From Macrostomum hystrix (Eukaryota > Animalia > Platyhelminthes), in NCBI GenBank assembly GCA_950097015.1, contig CATNEN010000038.1, forward strand, positions 11,470,001-11,534,000: DNA of 64,000 nt, given 5' to 3'. Under the pieces are notes generated by a model. The model did no database searches. It was not told the origin of the DNA and saw nothing but the letters and a program-made list of their open reading frames with translations. Position numbers and translations under genes: made by a program. Positions 35,736 through 48,500 of this stretch are shown here, piece after piece (within the stretch, counting starts at the first letter, position 1; each line of letters begins with the position of its first letter).

Positions 35736-36896
35736 ATGCTCAAAATCAATCGACTTAATCAGGGACGGGGCAGAATTTCAGCGCTGGTAAGACGCACAGC
35801 CTGTCTGTTGCTGATGGCATGCGCAGCTGCTGGTGTCACAGTCACCTTACTTCTGCACGGCATGCAGCAGGCCAACTTCAGTCCTGATGAGAAAAAGCTG
35901 CCAGAAATTAAGCTGTACAATGACTTCCAGGAGCAGTACCAGCGAATGCTGGACGGCCTCAACGAGTCGCTGTACTACTTCGACAGACCTGGACGGCTGC
36001 TGCCGCTGATGCGGCTCTCCAGAGTCGAGGAGAGTCGCGCCTATCGCGTGGCGGCCGGGAGGTCGTGGCTTCGAAGCCAGTCCGTGGTGGTGGCCGGGAC
36101 TGTGCGCAATGGCATGGCCGGCCTGCCCAGCACCCTGCACAATGTCCGTCGATTGCGAGCGCTGTTCAACGCCTCCTGGCTGGTGCTGGTCGAGAACGAG
36201 TCGACCGATCGCACGCGCAGCTACCTGTACAAACAGACACTGAAGGACAACACAGTCATGTTGCTGGGCTGCGGTCGCGTGAACTCGCCGCTCAACTGCA
36301 GCCTCAACATTCGCTACAGCAGCGGGCGCCAGCACGTTCCGGGCTCCAATATGAGACGAAGCTTCGAAGAGGAAGTGGAGCGCGGCCTTGTCATGTCCGC
36401 ACTCCGCAATCAGTACCTGGACTTCATCTACAACCACCTGGCGGACAAGGCTTCACTGCTGCTGATTATCGATCCGGACATCACCTGGAAGGAGTGGGAC
36501 CTCGACAACATCGCTCAGGGCGCCTATTACTTCTCGGCGAAGCCCCAGCTGCAGCAGCTCTGCGCCCACTCCAAGCAGCCAAGCGGTCAGATCTACGACC
36601 CCTGCACTCTGAGCTTCCACAGCAACAAGCGCTTCGGTGAGGACACAAAGTACCCGGTTGTGAGCTACGACAAGTCGCTTCGCAGGGCTCCGTCCAGCCT
36701 GCCACCAGTGAAAGTTGAGAGCTGCTTCCAGGCCGTGTCCTTCTACAGGATGTCAGCCCTGTCGGAGAAGCGTTTGCGGTATGACCGCAGTCCGGGCGAA
36801 TGGATGTGCGAGCACAACACGCTGTCCAGGCAGCTTCGGGAGGTCTACATCGACCCGCAGATGCGGCTGCAGGTTCAGGAGGCGAACATCGGTTGA
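35736..36896 (+). CDS. Intronless type II membrane glycosyltransferase-like protein, 386 aa, paralog 2
   Basis: Same motifs as 31029..32198. The 317-aa core differs at only 4 residues; the termini are diverged. Confidence 0.8.
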   Translation: MLKINRLNQGRGRISALVRRTACLLLMACAAAGVTVTLLLHGMQQANFSPDEKKLPEIKLYNDFQEQYQRMLDGLNESLYYFDRPGRLLPLMRLSRVEESRAYRVAAGRSWLRSQSVVVAGTVRNGMAGLPSTLHNVRRLRALFNASWLVLVENESTDRTRSYLYKQTLKDNTVMLLGCGRVNSPLNCSLNIRYSSGRQHVPGSNMRRSFEEEVERGLVMSALRNQYLDFIYNHLADKASLLLIIDPDITWKEWDLDNIAQGAYYFSAKPQLQQLCAHSKQPSGQIYDPCTLSFHSNKRFGEDTKYPVVSYDKSLRRAPSSLPPVKVESCFQAVSFYRMSALSEKRLRYDRSPGEWMCEHNTLSRQLREVYIDPQMRLQVQEANIG

Positions 36897-37656
36897 ATTC
36901 ATGGACATTGTGCCAATGGAGAAATTAGCTGGTGATCTTTAGTAGCGCTCAATCAATCAATACCTTACGGTGTATGTTGTATTATTTTGTTCAATATTTG
37001 CCCCACTGAAACATTTGTTTTCCATGCTTTGGAATATCTTCTAGACACATTCCATTGAGATATATATAACTGAAAAGTACATCTAGCTGAACAATACTAT
37101 GAAAGCAGTTTATTATCTTTCTTATAAATATATTATCATGACTGCTTATAGTAGAGTGATGAGTCCTAGAAATTATTATGAATACAGATGACAAGAGGCC
37201 CAAACACCCTTGATACCGAATTAAGTATTTTGTTTATAGAATGTCATCAGATTAGTCACGTCAACTAGTGTTCGAGCATGCTCAAATTTTTTCTTTATTA
37301 GCGGAAGAAAAAAATACGAAAACTGTTGTCAGAAACGACTGCTAATCCTGGTCAAACACTCGTCCTGCGTATAAAATAATTACATTCTCTAGTAGAGCAT
37401 CCGTCATGTTGTTTTTAAGGTGGCTGGATTAATGATGCTTGTACGATTGGTGATGGTGATAGGAGTAAAAACCGAGAATAATTTTTTCCGCGCTTCTGAG
37501 GATGAATAAATACTTGTATATGTAGATGGGAGACGTGTTAATGCCCAATGGCATTCGCTAGCTGAATTCTAGATTTTTATTCTAATTTTCTTCCCAATCA
37601 ACTCGAAACTGTCTTTTTTAGCCTTCGACAGCCGCAGAGGTTAAATGACCATAGAC

Positions 37657-39958
37657 CAGAGCTCGGCAAAATTATTTGCTAGCGGGCCAAAGAGAGAACA
37701 TCCAGAAGATGACAGCGGGCCGCATTGACTGTAGAAACATGAGATAGGGGAGAGATGAGACACGGGAGAGATGAGACGCGGGAGAGATGAGACGCGGGAG
37801 AGATGAGACGCGGGAGAGATGAGACACGGGAGAGATGAGACACAGGAGAGATGAGACACGCGAGAGATGAGACACGCGAGAGATGAGACACGCGAGAGAT
37901 GAGACACGCGAGAGATGAGACACGCGAGAGATGAGACACAGGAGAGATGAGACACGGGAGAGATGAGACGCGGGAGAGATGAGACACAGGAGAGATGAGA
38001 CACGGGAGAGATGAGACGCGGGAGAGATGAGACACAGGAGAGATGAGACACGGGAGAGATGAGACGCGGGAGAGATGAGACGCGGGAGAGATGAGACACA
38101 GGAGAGATGAGACACGCGAGAGATGAGACACGCGAGAGATGAGACACAGGAGAGATGAGACACGGGAGAGATGAGACGCGGGAGAGATGAGACACAGGAG
38201 AGATGAGACACGGGAGAGATGAGACGCGGGAGAGATGAGACACAGGAGAGATGAGACACGGGAGAGATGAGACGCGGGAGAGATGAGACGCGGGAGAGAT
38301 GAGACACAGGAGAGATGAGACACGCGAGAGATGAGACACGCGAGAGATGAGACACAGGAGAGATGAGACACGGGTGAGATGAGACGCGGGAGAGATGAGA
38401 CACAGGAGAGATGAGACACAGGGAGAGATGAGACACAGGAGAGATGAGACACAGGAGAGATGAGACACGGGAGAGATGAGACGCGGGAGAGATGAGGCAC
38501 AGGAGAGATGAGACACAGGGAGAGATGAGACACAGGAGAGATGAGACACGGGAGAGATGAGACACAGGAGAGATGAGACGCGGGAGAGATGAGACACAGG
38601 AGAGATGAGACACGGGAGAGATGAGACGCGGGAGAGATGAGACGCGGGAGAGATGAGACACGGGAGAGATGAGACGCCGGAGAGATAAGACACGGGAGAG
38701 ATGAGACACGGGAGAGATGAGACACGGGAGAGATGAGACACGGGAGAGATGAGACGCGGGAGAGATGAGACGTGGGAGAGATGAGACGCGGGAGAGATGA
38801 GACACGGGAGAGATGAGACGCGGGAGAGATGAGACACAGGAGAGATGAGACACGCGAGAGATGAGACACGCGAGAGATGAGACACGCGAGAGATGAGACA
38901 CAGGAGAGATGAGACACGGGAGAGATGAGACGCGGGAGAGATGAGACACAGGAGAGATGAGACACGGGAGAGATGAGACGCGGGAGAGATGAGACACAGG
39001 AGAGATGAGACACGGGAGAGATGAGACGCGGGAGAGATGAGACGCGGGAGAGATGAGACACAGGAGAGATGAGACACGCGAGAGATGAGACACGCGAGAG
39101 ATGAGACACAGGAGAGATGAGACACGGGTGAGATGAGACGCGGGAGAGATGAGACACAGGAGAGATGAGACACGGGAGAGATGAGACGCGGGAGAGATGA
39201 GGCACAGGAGAGATGAGACACAGGGAGAGATGAGACACAGGAGAGATGAGACACGGGAGAGATGAGACACAGGAGAGATGAGACGCGGGAGAGATGAGAC
39301 ACAGGAGAGATGAGACACGGGAGAGATGAGACGCGGGAGAGATGAGACGCGGGAGAGATGAGACACGGGAGAGATGAGACGCCGGAGAGATAAGACACGG
39401 GAGAGATGAGACACGGGAGAGATGAGACACGCGAGAGATGAGACACGGGAGAGATGAGACGCGGGAGAGATGAGACGTGGGAGAGATGAGACGCGGGAGA
39501 GATGAGACACGGGAGAGATGAGACGCGGGAGAGATGAGACACAGGAGAGATGAGACACGCGAGAGATGAGACACGCGAGAGATGAGACACGGGAGAGATG
39601 AGACACGGGAGAGATGAGACGCGGGAGAGATGAGACACGGGAGAGATGAGACGCGGGAGAGATGAGACGCGGGAGAGATGAGACGCGGGAGAGATGAGAC
39701 GCGGGAGAGATGAGACGCGGGAGAGATGAGACGCGGGAGAGATGAGACGCGGGAGAGATGAGACACAGGAGAGATGAGACACGCGAGAGATGAGACACGC
39801 GAGAGATGAGACACGGGAGAGATGAGACACAGGAGAGATGAGACACAGGGGAGATGAGGCATGGGAAAGATGGAACGGGATACTGGAGGGGCAACGGGCC
39901 GGATTTGGGAGCTTCGAGGGCCGCATCTGGCCCGCGGTCCGGAGTTTGCCGACCCCTG
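37657..39958. mobile_element. Non-autonomous hAT (Charlie-type) MITE with 8-bp TSD, expanded by an internal minisatellite
   Basis: TIRs CAGAGCTCGGCAAAAT / AGTTTGCCGACCCCTG; subterminal GGGCC motifs at both ends; TSD CCATAGAC at 37649-37656 and 39959-39966. Confidence 0.88.
37740..39860. repeat. 16 bp purine-rich minisatellite (AGAGATGAGAC[A/G]CGGG), ~130 copies, inside the hAT MITE
   Basis: Tandem array; rare variants recur at a 705-bp offset (38671 and 39376). Confidence 0.98.
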
Positions 39959-41670
39959 CCATAGACATCCATAGTCTCTTTTTTTTGGCCATAGACAGTC
40001 GCAGATGGCGAGTGACGTCTTTTCGAGCCCGTTTCGACGCGCGTCTGGCTAGCCACAGCCAGTAGCCAGTCGCTTGTGAGAAAGAGCATACGAGCTATTA
40101 TCTGATTATAAATTGGGCCATAGACATTTAAGCGGATGTTCTGTGGCCATCCGGCACAAAGTATGGCTGACGCTTCTTACAAAATTCTTGTCAAGGAATT
40201 TGTCTCTCGCTCAACTTGAATCGTCAAAGTGTATTGACTTGTCTAAAAACTCTTAGACCACTGTTTCTTATTCATGCTCACTATCATTAATATGTCGCGA
40301 TCCATGTGATAATTGCAAGCAATTTCTATCAGCTAACTCAATTTTATAATTAACGAAATTTTCTAATGATTTAAATTATTGTCACCTATCTGATTCGAAA
40401 TGTAAGCAAAAGTATGAAAAAAAACTGAATCGAATTTGTCTCACTGTGTACCAAACGAGTTTTTTTTCAATTTAAATGCATTAAAAATGTTGCAGATGAA
40501 TAAAAATGAGGCGACTCTGGTTCTTGTAAATCGGGTTTTTTCTTTAAAAATCTATCTCTAGCATTACGAAGAGGGACTTGTGCGCACCGTTGATTAGTGC
40601 TAATGACTCCATGAAACTTCTCAAAGCGATGTTTACGTGACCCTTTTAATTACAGAAACCAAGATGAAAACTGCAAGAAGCACAATGATTTTAAAGATTG
40701 TAATCTCGCCAAAGCTCTCTCTAGGCGATGTTGCGTGGCAGCCTGGATCTCGAGCACGATTCGATGGCTGATTAGCGAATCACGACAGGCAGCAGCCAAT
40801 CAAGTTTTCAAAGGCTTCACAGAGGCGAAATTAGTTCATGGCATGCTTAAAAGGCGCTGCCCTGTTTGCTCACCTGTGGGTCGCATTTTGCTGTTCAGAG
40901 AATAGCGCGTTTGTTCCTCAGATACTTTCTAAAAGGTGAGTACAAAATTATTTTTGATCATAAATTTGTTCAGACGAAATGTGGTCTTTTGCGTTCAATG
41001 AATTCCCTGGATTTCATTGGATAATAAAGTACACAAAGGTTTGCTTTGGCCTCAGTGCTTGGACCATAGACATGTGCCATACGGTTAAACAAGAAGTCTT
41101 TTGCGTTAGTCTTTTTTCTTTTAGGAAAGGCCATAGACAAAATGAAGACTCCGGTCGTTAGTTGGTGTTTTCCCAGTGTCCTCGAAAGCGACAATTTCTA
41201 AGAACAAAAAATTTCTAGGACCTATTAATAGCCATAGACCATGTCTCTGGAAAGCATCAAGACAGAGACAAGATCATCGTGTTGAAGCGCAAGATTAGGA
41301 TATAATGCGCCACTTTTGCTCCATCTTACATCTCACAGTTCGTTTGGCTCTAATTTTATATTAAATTCCAATTTGGCGTCGTTCTCTACTTTTGAGTCTC
41401 AAATATCGATCCTTAATAAAATATTTTTGGCCAGTTTTCACTTTATCGAAGAGAAAGGAAGTTATTTTTGCTATTCAATGAGGATAAGATTTCATTGAAA
41501 ATGGAACTTCGAGCATAGATTAGCAAACATCTTTGAAACTTAAGACAGGTTTCTAAATCAGCGACTTTATTCGCAGTCTTAAGCTACTAAAGCATGCACC
41601 ATAGCAAGAAGCGAACAATGTTAAATCATCCAATTGAAGGCCAAGTTAAGCCAAAGCATCGGCAAACTCA

Positions 41671-43335
41671 ATGTCTGACGAAGCAGCCACTTTCAATGAG
41701 TCCGTGACCACGGGACCAGCGCCCAGACCTACCACTGTCGACTATTTGTCGGCAATCATTGCACTGAGCAAGTCGACGCTGGCCGCCCAGCACGGAGCCA
41801 GCGTTCTGCTGTGCAGCTTCGGCGTCATGTCCGTCGTTTTCAACTCTGTGGTACTGCTCACCATTCTTCTGACTCCCAGCCTGCGCTCCAAGAAGTATTT
41901 TGTTCTGTTTGTGAACCTAGCAACGGCCGACCTGCTCACTGGCCTGTCCTACACCGTTGTCACGGTGCAGAGAATCTACCGCTTCTATAATGACATGCCG
42001 GCGTTTGCCACGGCGCTAGAATGCCTCAAGGACGTCTTCGCAATGTCCTTCCCGATCATTACTTCGGTTTACTTCACCCTGCTAATCTCTGTTGATCGCT
42101 GCTTCGCTGTCATCCTGCCGTTATACTACTGCAGACGAAACCGCTGGTACCTGCCCGCCACCTGCTGCTTCGGCTGGGGCGTTGCCCTGCTGGATGCCAG
42201 CTTCCTGTTCTTCACGCTGCCCAGGTGACTTTGGAGCCAATTAGGCATTATGGATTATTTACAGATTATGTCTAATGTAGATATCGTTAGATTGGGATAT
42301 AGAAAATTTGGTATATCGTCGAATAAAACCGATTACAAAACCGTCAATTGAAACTGTATTTACGACAAACTTGTCGACGCTTTTACAGGTACCTGTAATT
42401 AATACCTTTCAATTTGTCCCTGGACGCAGGCCGAACGCCCTAGTGCCTTTGTGCACCAACCAGGGCACGCAGGGCCCCGACTATAATGATTGGTCGACCA
42501 GCTCCACGCTGGCTCTGACTGTGGCCTCTATGGCCTTGAGCATGCTGTCACTAGTTGTGATGTTCTGCCGTCTCAGGTCTGTGTCTACTGGTGACTCAGC
42601 TTCGGATTCGAACAACAGGTGAGCTAATTACTAGATACTAACAATTACTTGTTACATCATTTGGTGACACTAGACCCGCAGCCAGCGAGGAGGCAATTCT
42701 GCCCATTTCGCTGGCTCCTGAGCACACACGCACACGGATACTGTACGCAGGCACACACTCACACAGGTGTGTGCATCTGGCCTGACTTTCTCATAGTCAG
42801 GCAGTGTGCACTTCACTGTGCCTTGGAGGTAGGTGTAAATTCCACGACAAGCCACTGCGCCACTGCGCCCAAAACGAATGTAGCCTCGCCGTGGAATCGA
42901 GCTCAGGACCTTGGTGCGAAAGGCAAACTGCCACTAACCCCTTTTTTATTTCTAACGTTACAAAAGAAATCTATTAAATAAAACTTTGACGGTCGAAATT
43001 AATCATCCAGGGAGCTGCGCGAAGCGTCCTACACGATCTTCTTCACAGTGGCCTTCATGTTCGCCACCCAGGTGTCCTCGCGCATCGGCTTCGTGCTGCT
43101 GGTGCCCGTGCCGCCGGCGCAGCGCTCCCGCATTGGGCCCTACATCCGGGTGCTACAGCTCATAAACTGCACCGTGAATCTCTTCATCTACTATTGGCGC
43201 TCGGCCGAATTTCGGCGCTCCTGCAACCGCCTGCTGCTCGGAGGCCGCGGCTGGAAACCCGCCGCTGTTGCACCTGTTGAAGGAGCCAGCAAGGCTGGTG
43301 TCGGTGCGGCTCGCACCCAGGTCAGTCAGGCTTAA
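41671..43335 (+). CDS. Divergent class A GPCR (Srsx/chemoreceptor-like), ~355 aa; exons 41671-42224, 42430-42618, 43011-43335
   Basis: Two phase-2 GT-AG introns join cleanly. Motifs FNSVVL, NLATADLL, ISVDRCFAVILP..Y, an ECL2 Cys and NCTVNLFIYYWRS.EFR. Confidence 0.88.
42650..42940 (-). mobile_element. SINE family B in GPCR intron 2
   Basis: Matches the other family-B copies. Confidence 0.88.
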
Positions 43336-43423
43336 TCCTTGAGCAGGGGATGTGAAGAAGAAGCTGCCGTTACTGAGCACAGACTCGAATCGTTTGTTCT
43401 AGCTGGCTGAGACAGTCGCTTTA

Positions 43424-43637
43424 CTGACAGTCACCTCACCTCACCGACAGTCACCTCACCGACAGTCACCTCACCGACAGTCACCTCACTGACAGTCACC
43501 TCACTGACAGTCACCTCACTGTCAGTCACCTCACCGACAGTCACCTCACCGACAGTCACCTCACTGACAGTCACCTCACTGACAGTCACCTCACTGACAG
43601 TCACCTCACTGACAGTCACCTCACTGATAGTCACCTC
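43424..43637. repeat. 15 bp minisatellite (C[T/C]GACAGTCACCTCA), ~14 copies, in or near the GPCR 3' UTR
   Basis: Tandem copies visible. Confidence 0.95.
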
Positions 43638-45516
43638 GGCTTTACTTACTTAAATTAATAAAAGTTGGCAAGGTGCATCTAATGAGCAATATTTGCGCCG
43701 CACATCTCAACCCGATTTAAACTGGTCCAGTAAGCGCGGAATGCTGACCAACGATCATTCAACGTGGATTTGTGATTTGCAGACTTTCGGAAATATTAGC
43801 CGCAGGTGATCAGTGCAAGAAACTTGTTATTTCGTTTTTATGTTGCGTCATTAAAAATTGTCTTGGCAACCTCTAGATTAGACCCGAAAAACTACGTCCT
43901 CTCAATGCCCTCGATATTATTTTTTCCTCGTGTTATCACTGCCTTTCTCAAGTCACGTTTGTGGATCAAATTAGCTTTGGATATCCTCCTAAATTATTCG
44001 TATCAAGATAGTTTTCATGCATTCGTTTTTATTAGTTTTTCTAATTAGTAATCTGTGCATTCAAACAAAAGCCCGCACCCAGATAATTTACTGATTCGGA
44101 TTAATGAAACGAGTTAAACGAAAGGGACTTAGCTATCGACTTTCTCAAGGTCGTCAAAATAGCTTTTCATAATAGAGAAAATTTCATGCCAGCTTTTGCG
44201 AGTAAAAATAGTTCGCCATTGAGAGTTTAGAATTTAACAAAGCGAGCTCATTGCATCGAAGTGGATAAACTGAGCGATATAGAATTCAAGATACTGCAGG
44301 AAGGTCTATCTTTAGCGCTGCCAGCAGCTCTGTAGCTGCATAAGGAAGTCCCTATTCGTTTTTAATTGCTGAAGTGGAAAATTGTTAGAAAAGGGAGGAA
44401 AATGCATGGTTCTTTTGCCTCTTAGCCAGTCATCCGATGCGGGCAGATTTAGTATATTTGACTAGCCATCAAACCCCCCGGAGACACAAAAACGGCTCAC
44501 TTTGCAAAGAAAACTGCGGGTCTGGAAGGATTTTAAAGTTTTTTACCGCTCTTTGGCACCCAATTCTGCTTTGTACGTATGAAGCAGAATATTTTAGAAT
44601 TAAATGAAGTTTACTTAACACTATGAAACACACTCGCATTTTCATGGTGAAGCTGTTTATACATTTTCATACTTTATCATGTTTCTCGCCTCCTTTTGAT
44701 GGAATCCTGTGACTTTATATCATCGTGTACTATTATAACACAGCATAACGGACTACAAAATTAGATACGAGAAAATGTTGTTTAAGGACGGTTAAAAATG
44801 GATTTTGAATGGTTTTAAAAATTTCTAAAATGTGAATTCCCTGACACTACTTAAATGTGCGTTGTTTTCGCACGGAATCGCACTATTAACCCTATTAGTT
44901 TCAGTTGCACAAGTTCACACAAAAATAAATGAAAAAACACATCCACTATTTTCTCAAACAAACTATTTCAGGTAACAGTTAGTTTATTATATTAATTATT
45001 TTCTGCAGTAATACTGGTTATACATTACTGGATGTAAAATACTGGATCCTAAACTCATCTTTATCAGCAATTCAAGAAAATTTATTTCCGCTGTGCTTAT
45101 GGCTTCGCAGCTTTATATAAAATCGAACATATAATATTATTTCCTTAGTGTGAAAGCTTGTCAAGCAAAGTCAATTTTAAAAGTACACGCAACATTTGGT
45201 TGAAGATTAGTATTAGTAAGCTAGTATTAAATAATTGTGCTCATTTAAAATCGATTGTACGTAACTCGTACAACGGAAGGATTCTAAACGCAACTATTCT
45301 GGAAAGATAAGTGATTTTTACATCCTTGAGACGAATTACTTGTACTTGCTAAGCAAAATTGGTTAAATAAGTTACTGATGGTCATGAGTATTGAGTGGGC
45401 ATGAAATGCTTTACCTGCGTTTGAGAAGAAGCAAACACAGTGCATTGTCACTTACAGGTGCATTCCTAGGTTCTACTAACAGTAGTTTGATCCGAAATTT
45501 AGCGCACAGTCTACCG

Positions 45517-48500
45517 CTATCGCAATCTCAGAAAGCACAGAGTGGCTGCAGCAGATATAAAGCAGAGGCTAGCTAAGTAGCAGGAAGCCCCTGCATTGTT
45601 GACCGCGGCCTCCAAAACGTCAGCAATCGGATGGCGTTGAAATCTTGCCGAGCCGGGGTTCAAGACCGTCGCCGCTGCGGCAGCAGCCGCAGCCGATTCG
45701 GATTGATTGAATTCATCAGCCATTGGGGGTAGCCGAGTTCCGTAGAGCAGCAGGTACCAGGAATGCACTTTTGCTGGATGAAAAAATGAATATAATCATT
45801 GATATTAGAATTAACATACAGCTGCCCCAATCGGGCCAGATGTGCAGCCGACAGCACAGCCGCAGCTATTGCGTGGCGCATCTGAAGACTGTGTAAGACT
45901 GTTCAGTCCATGGACTGGCAGGACGCCACACCCACCCTCAATTACTCCAGCTAATGCTGGTACCCATTTAACAGCTGGGTGAACTGAAGCAATACGGAGT
46001 TAAGTGTCTTGCTAAAAGACACAAATTTTTCCAGTGGAGTCGGGAATCGAACCCTCTACCTTCATGTCGTGAGTCCAACGCTCTAACCAAAAGGCTACAA
46101 CCTCGGGATAACATAAGGGAGCGATTTTGATAAAAATGAGAGCTCAAGGTGCATCTAACCAATTTAGGCCATCGCCCGGCGCTTCTAAAGGCTATGTGTA
46201 CTGCTGTTCAGTCCATGGACTAGGGAGGACGACTAAACCCAGCTAAAATTCTACGCTAGCTAATGCAAACACTGAATTAAATTTTCGATTGGACTTTTAT
46301 TAGCCATGTAGGTTTGGATTCCAAGATCTCGAAACAAACCCGGGTTACAAATATACTTAGCATTTTAGGAGGGCTGTGAATGACACTAGACCCGCAGCCA
46401 GCGAGGAGGCAAATCTGCTCATTTCGCTGACTCCTGAGCATACACACACACAGACGCAGGCACACCCTCACACAGGTGTGCAAATCCGCCCCGACTTTCT
46501 CATCGACTGGAATTGAACACTCTCACTTCGCTTTTGGGGTCGGCCTCAAGGGACTTAGTCTAGAGTACATAGAATGATGTACTAAGCGTCAGTAACTAAA
46601 TTTCGCATCGTAAAACTTGCTCACCTGTGCAGGAGTCGCATCGCAAAATTAGCGTCCAATTACCGTTGGCGGGTTCGCCCCAGTTGTGCACCGTCATGAA
46701 TGGCCAGTCGTTGAATCCCGTGTTCGCCTTGAAATAAAAAGTGATGTTAAAGTTTTCCGCGTCTATTTAAAACTTCATTTGCAGATATCGCGTTTGCCTC
46801 TCGCAACAAGGTCCCTGAGCTCGACTCTGCAGCGAGGCAGCCGCACATTTATTTGGGGCGCAGCCGCGGAGAGAAGGCTTGGGGGCTTGTCGTGCAATCT
46901 ACGCCCTTGGAGGGCCAACCTCCAAGGCACAGTGAGAGTGTACACTGCCTGACGATGAGAAATTCAGGGCAGATGTACACACCTGTGTGCTTGTGTACTA
47001 AGAAGTCAGCGAAATGCGCAGAATTGCCCCCTCTCTGGCTGCGGGTCTAGTGTCACCAAATGATGTGCCATTGCCCGCAGAGTCATAATTGATTACATCT
47101 GAAGGCTGCGTACGGCTGTTCAGTCCATGTACTGGGGGACGCCACAAAAAATAACCCCAGCTATTGCTGGTACTAATTTAACAGCTTGGTAAGGTGCCTT
47201 GCTAAAGGACACAAATTGTTCTCGTTGAGTCTGAAAACGAACCCCCGACCTCCAACTCGTGAGTCTGAGCCTCACCTGCTGATCGTTGAGCCGCTTAGTG
47301 AGCAGCTGACTGACGGTGCCAGCTGGCGACCGCAGCCAGATTTGCAGCTCTCCTCGCCTGCTCGCCGTCAGGCTGACCACCGCCTGGACGTGCTCCAGGT
47401 AGCGCAGCTCCCGACAAGCCGCCACGACGTTGACCGATGCCTTGGCGTTCTCTTCTACAATGGCCAGAACGCGCCCGATGCCAGCTTCGACGCGGCAGCG
47501 CTGCTGCGGCTCCACTGTTGTCCAACTGCGGGCCAGCGACACCATGCGAGCCGCGTCCAGGAGCCCGAAGCCGAAGCTGTGCGATGCGTTCCGTCCGGCT
47601 CCGTTGATGCGCCAGTCGACGGACTTCAGAAATGGCGACGGATTGGCCGATCGCACCGTCAGGTGTTGAACGTCGCGCCAGCCGAGACGCGGATTCACCG
47701 ACAGAGCGAGGGCGACGATGCCGGCCGCCATGGGGGCGCTGGCGCTGGTTCCGGTGTGCGAGTCCGTGCAGCGGCCATGCAAATCCGTGGTGGCCACCGA
47801 ACGCTCTTTTGAGTCGCCGCTGTGGCAAACAATTTGATGTGTGAGTGAGTGCATTAATGATAATAATAATTGCAGGAGGGCTGCGGGCAATGGCACATCA
47901 TTTGGTGGCACTAGACCCGCAGCCAGCGAGGAGGCAATTCTGCCCATTCCGCTGGCTCCTGAGCACACACGCACACAGATACTGTACGCAGGCATACGCT
48001 CACACAGGTGTGTACATCTGCCCCTGTGACTTTCTCATCGTCAAGCAGTGTACACTCTCACTGTGCCTTGGAGGTTGGCCCTCAATGGCGTATATTGCCC
48101 GACAAGCCCTCCAAAGCCTTCTCTCCGCGGCTGCGCCCCAATTTAAGGGTGGCCTCGCCGCGGAATCGAGCTCAGGGACCTTGCTGCGAGATGCTCTACT
48201 GCACTGACCCACTGAGCGAGTGCTTACAACAGATTCTAGCTTTGATCCTGGCTTTAACTTGGGCTAAATCCCTTTTTCTTATAAGGGGCCAATAAGTGCT
48301 GTGCTTTTTTAGGCGCAATTCGAAGCCACATGTCCTGTTTAGTATGTTGAATGTCTGTTGCTTAATCACAATAGAGCTTGTGCAGCAGTTTTAGTAATGT
48401 GAATTTCCTGCCACTAGGAAAATGCCTTTTCACCGTATCTTAGCATTCAAATGTGCTATTCTATTACAATGCATATTCATGCAAACAGCAATACAGCTAA

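Noticed and set aside
37641-40089. Three overlapping 727-805 aa ORFs
   Set aside because: All three - frames are open only because the 16-bp unit lacks stops. The sequence lies inside a MITE.
46935-46985. Hammerhead-like CTGACGA-TGA-GAAA-NTC in SINE family B
   Set aside because: There is no room for stem II or stem III, and the core is mutated in several copies (TTGACGA, CTGACTA). The segment is better explained as a simple hairpin.
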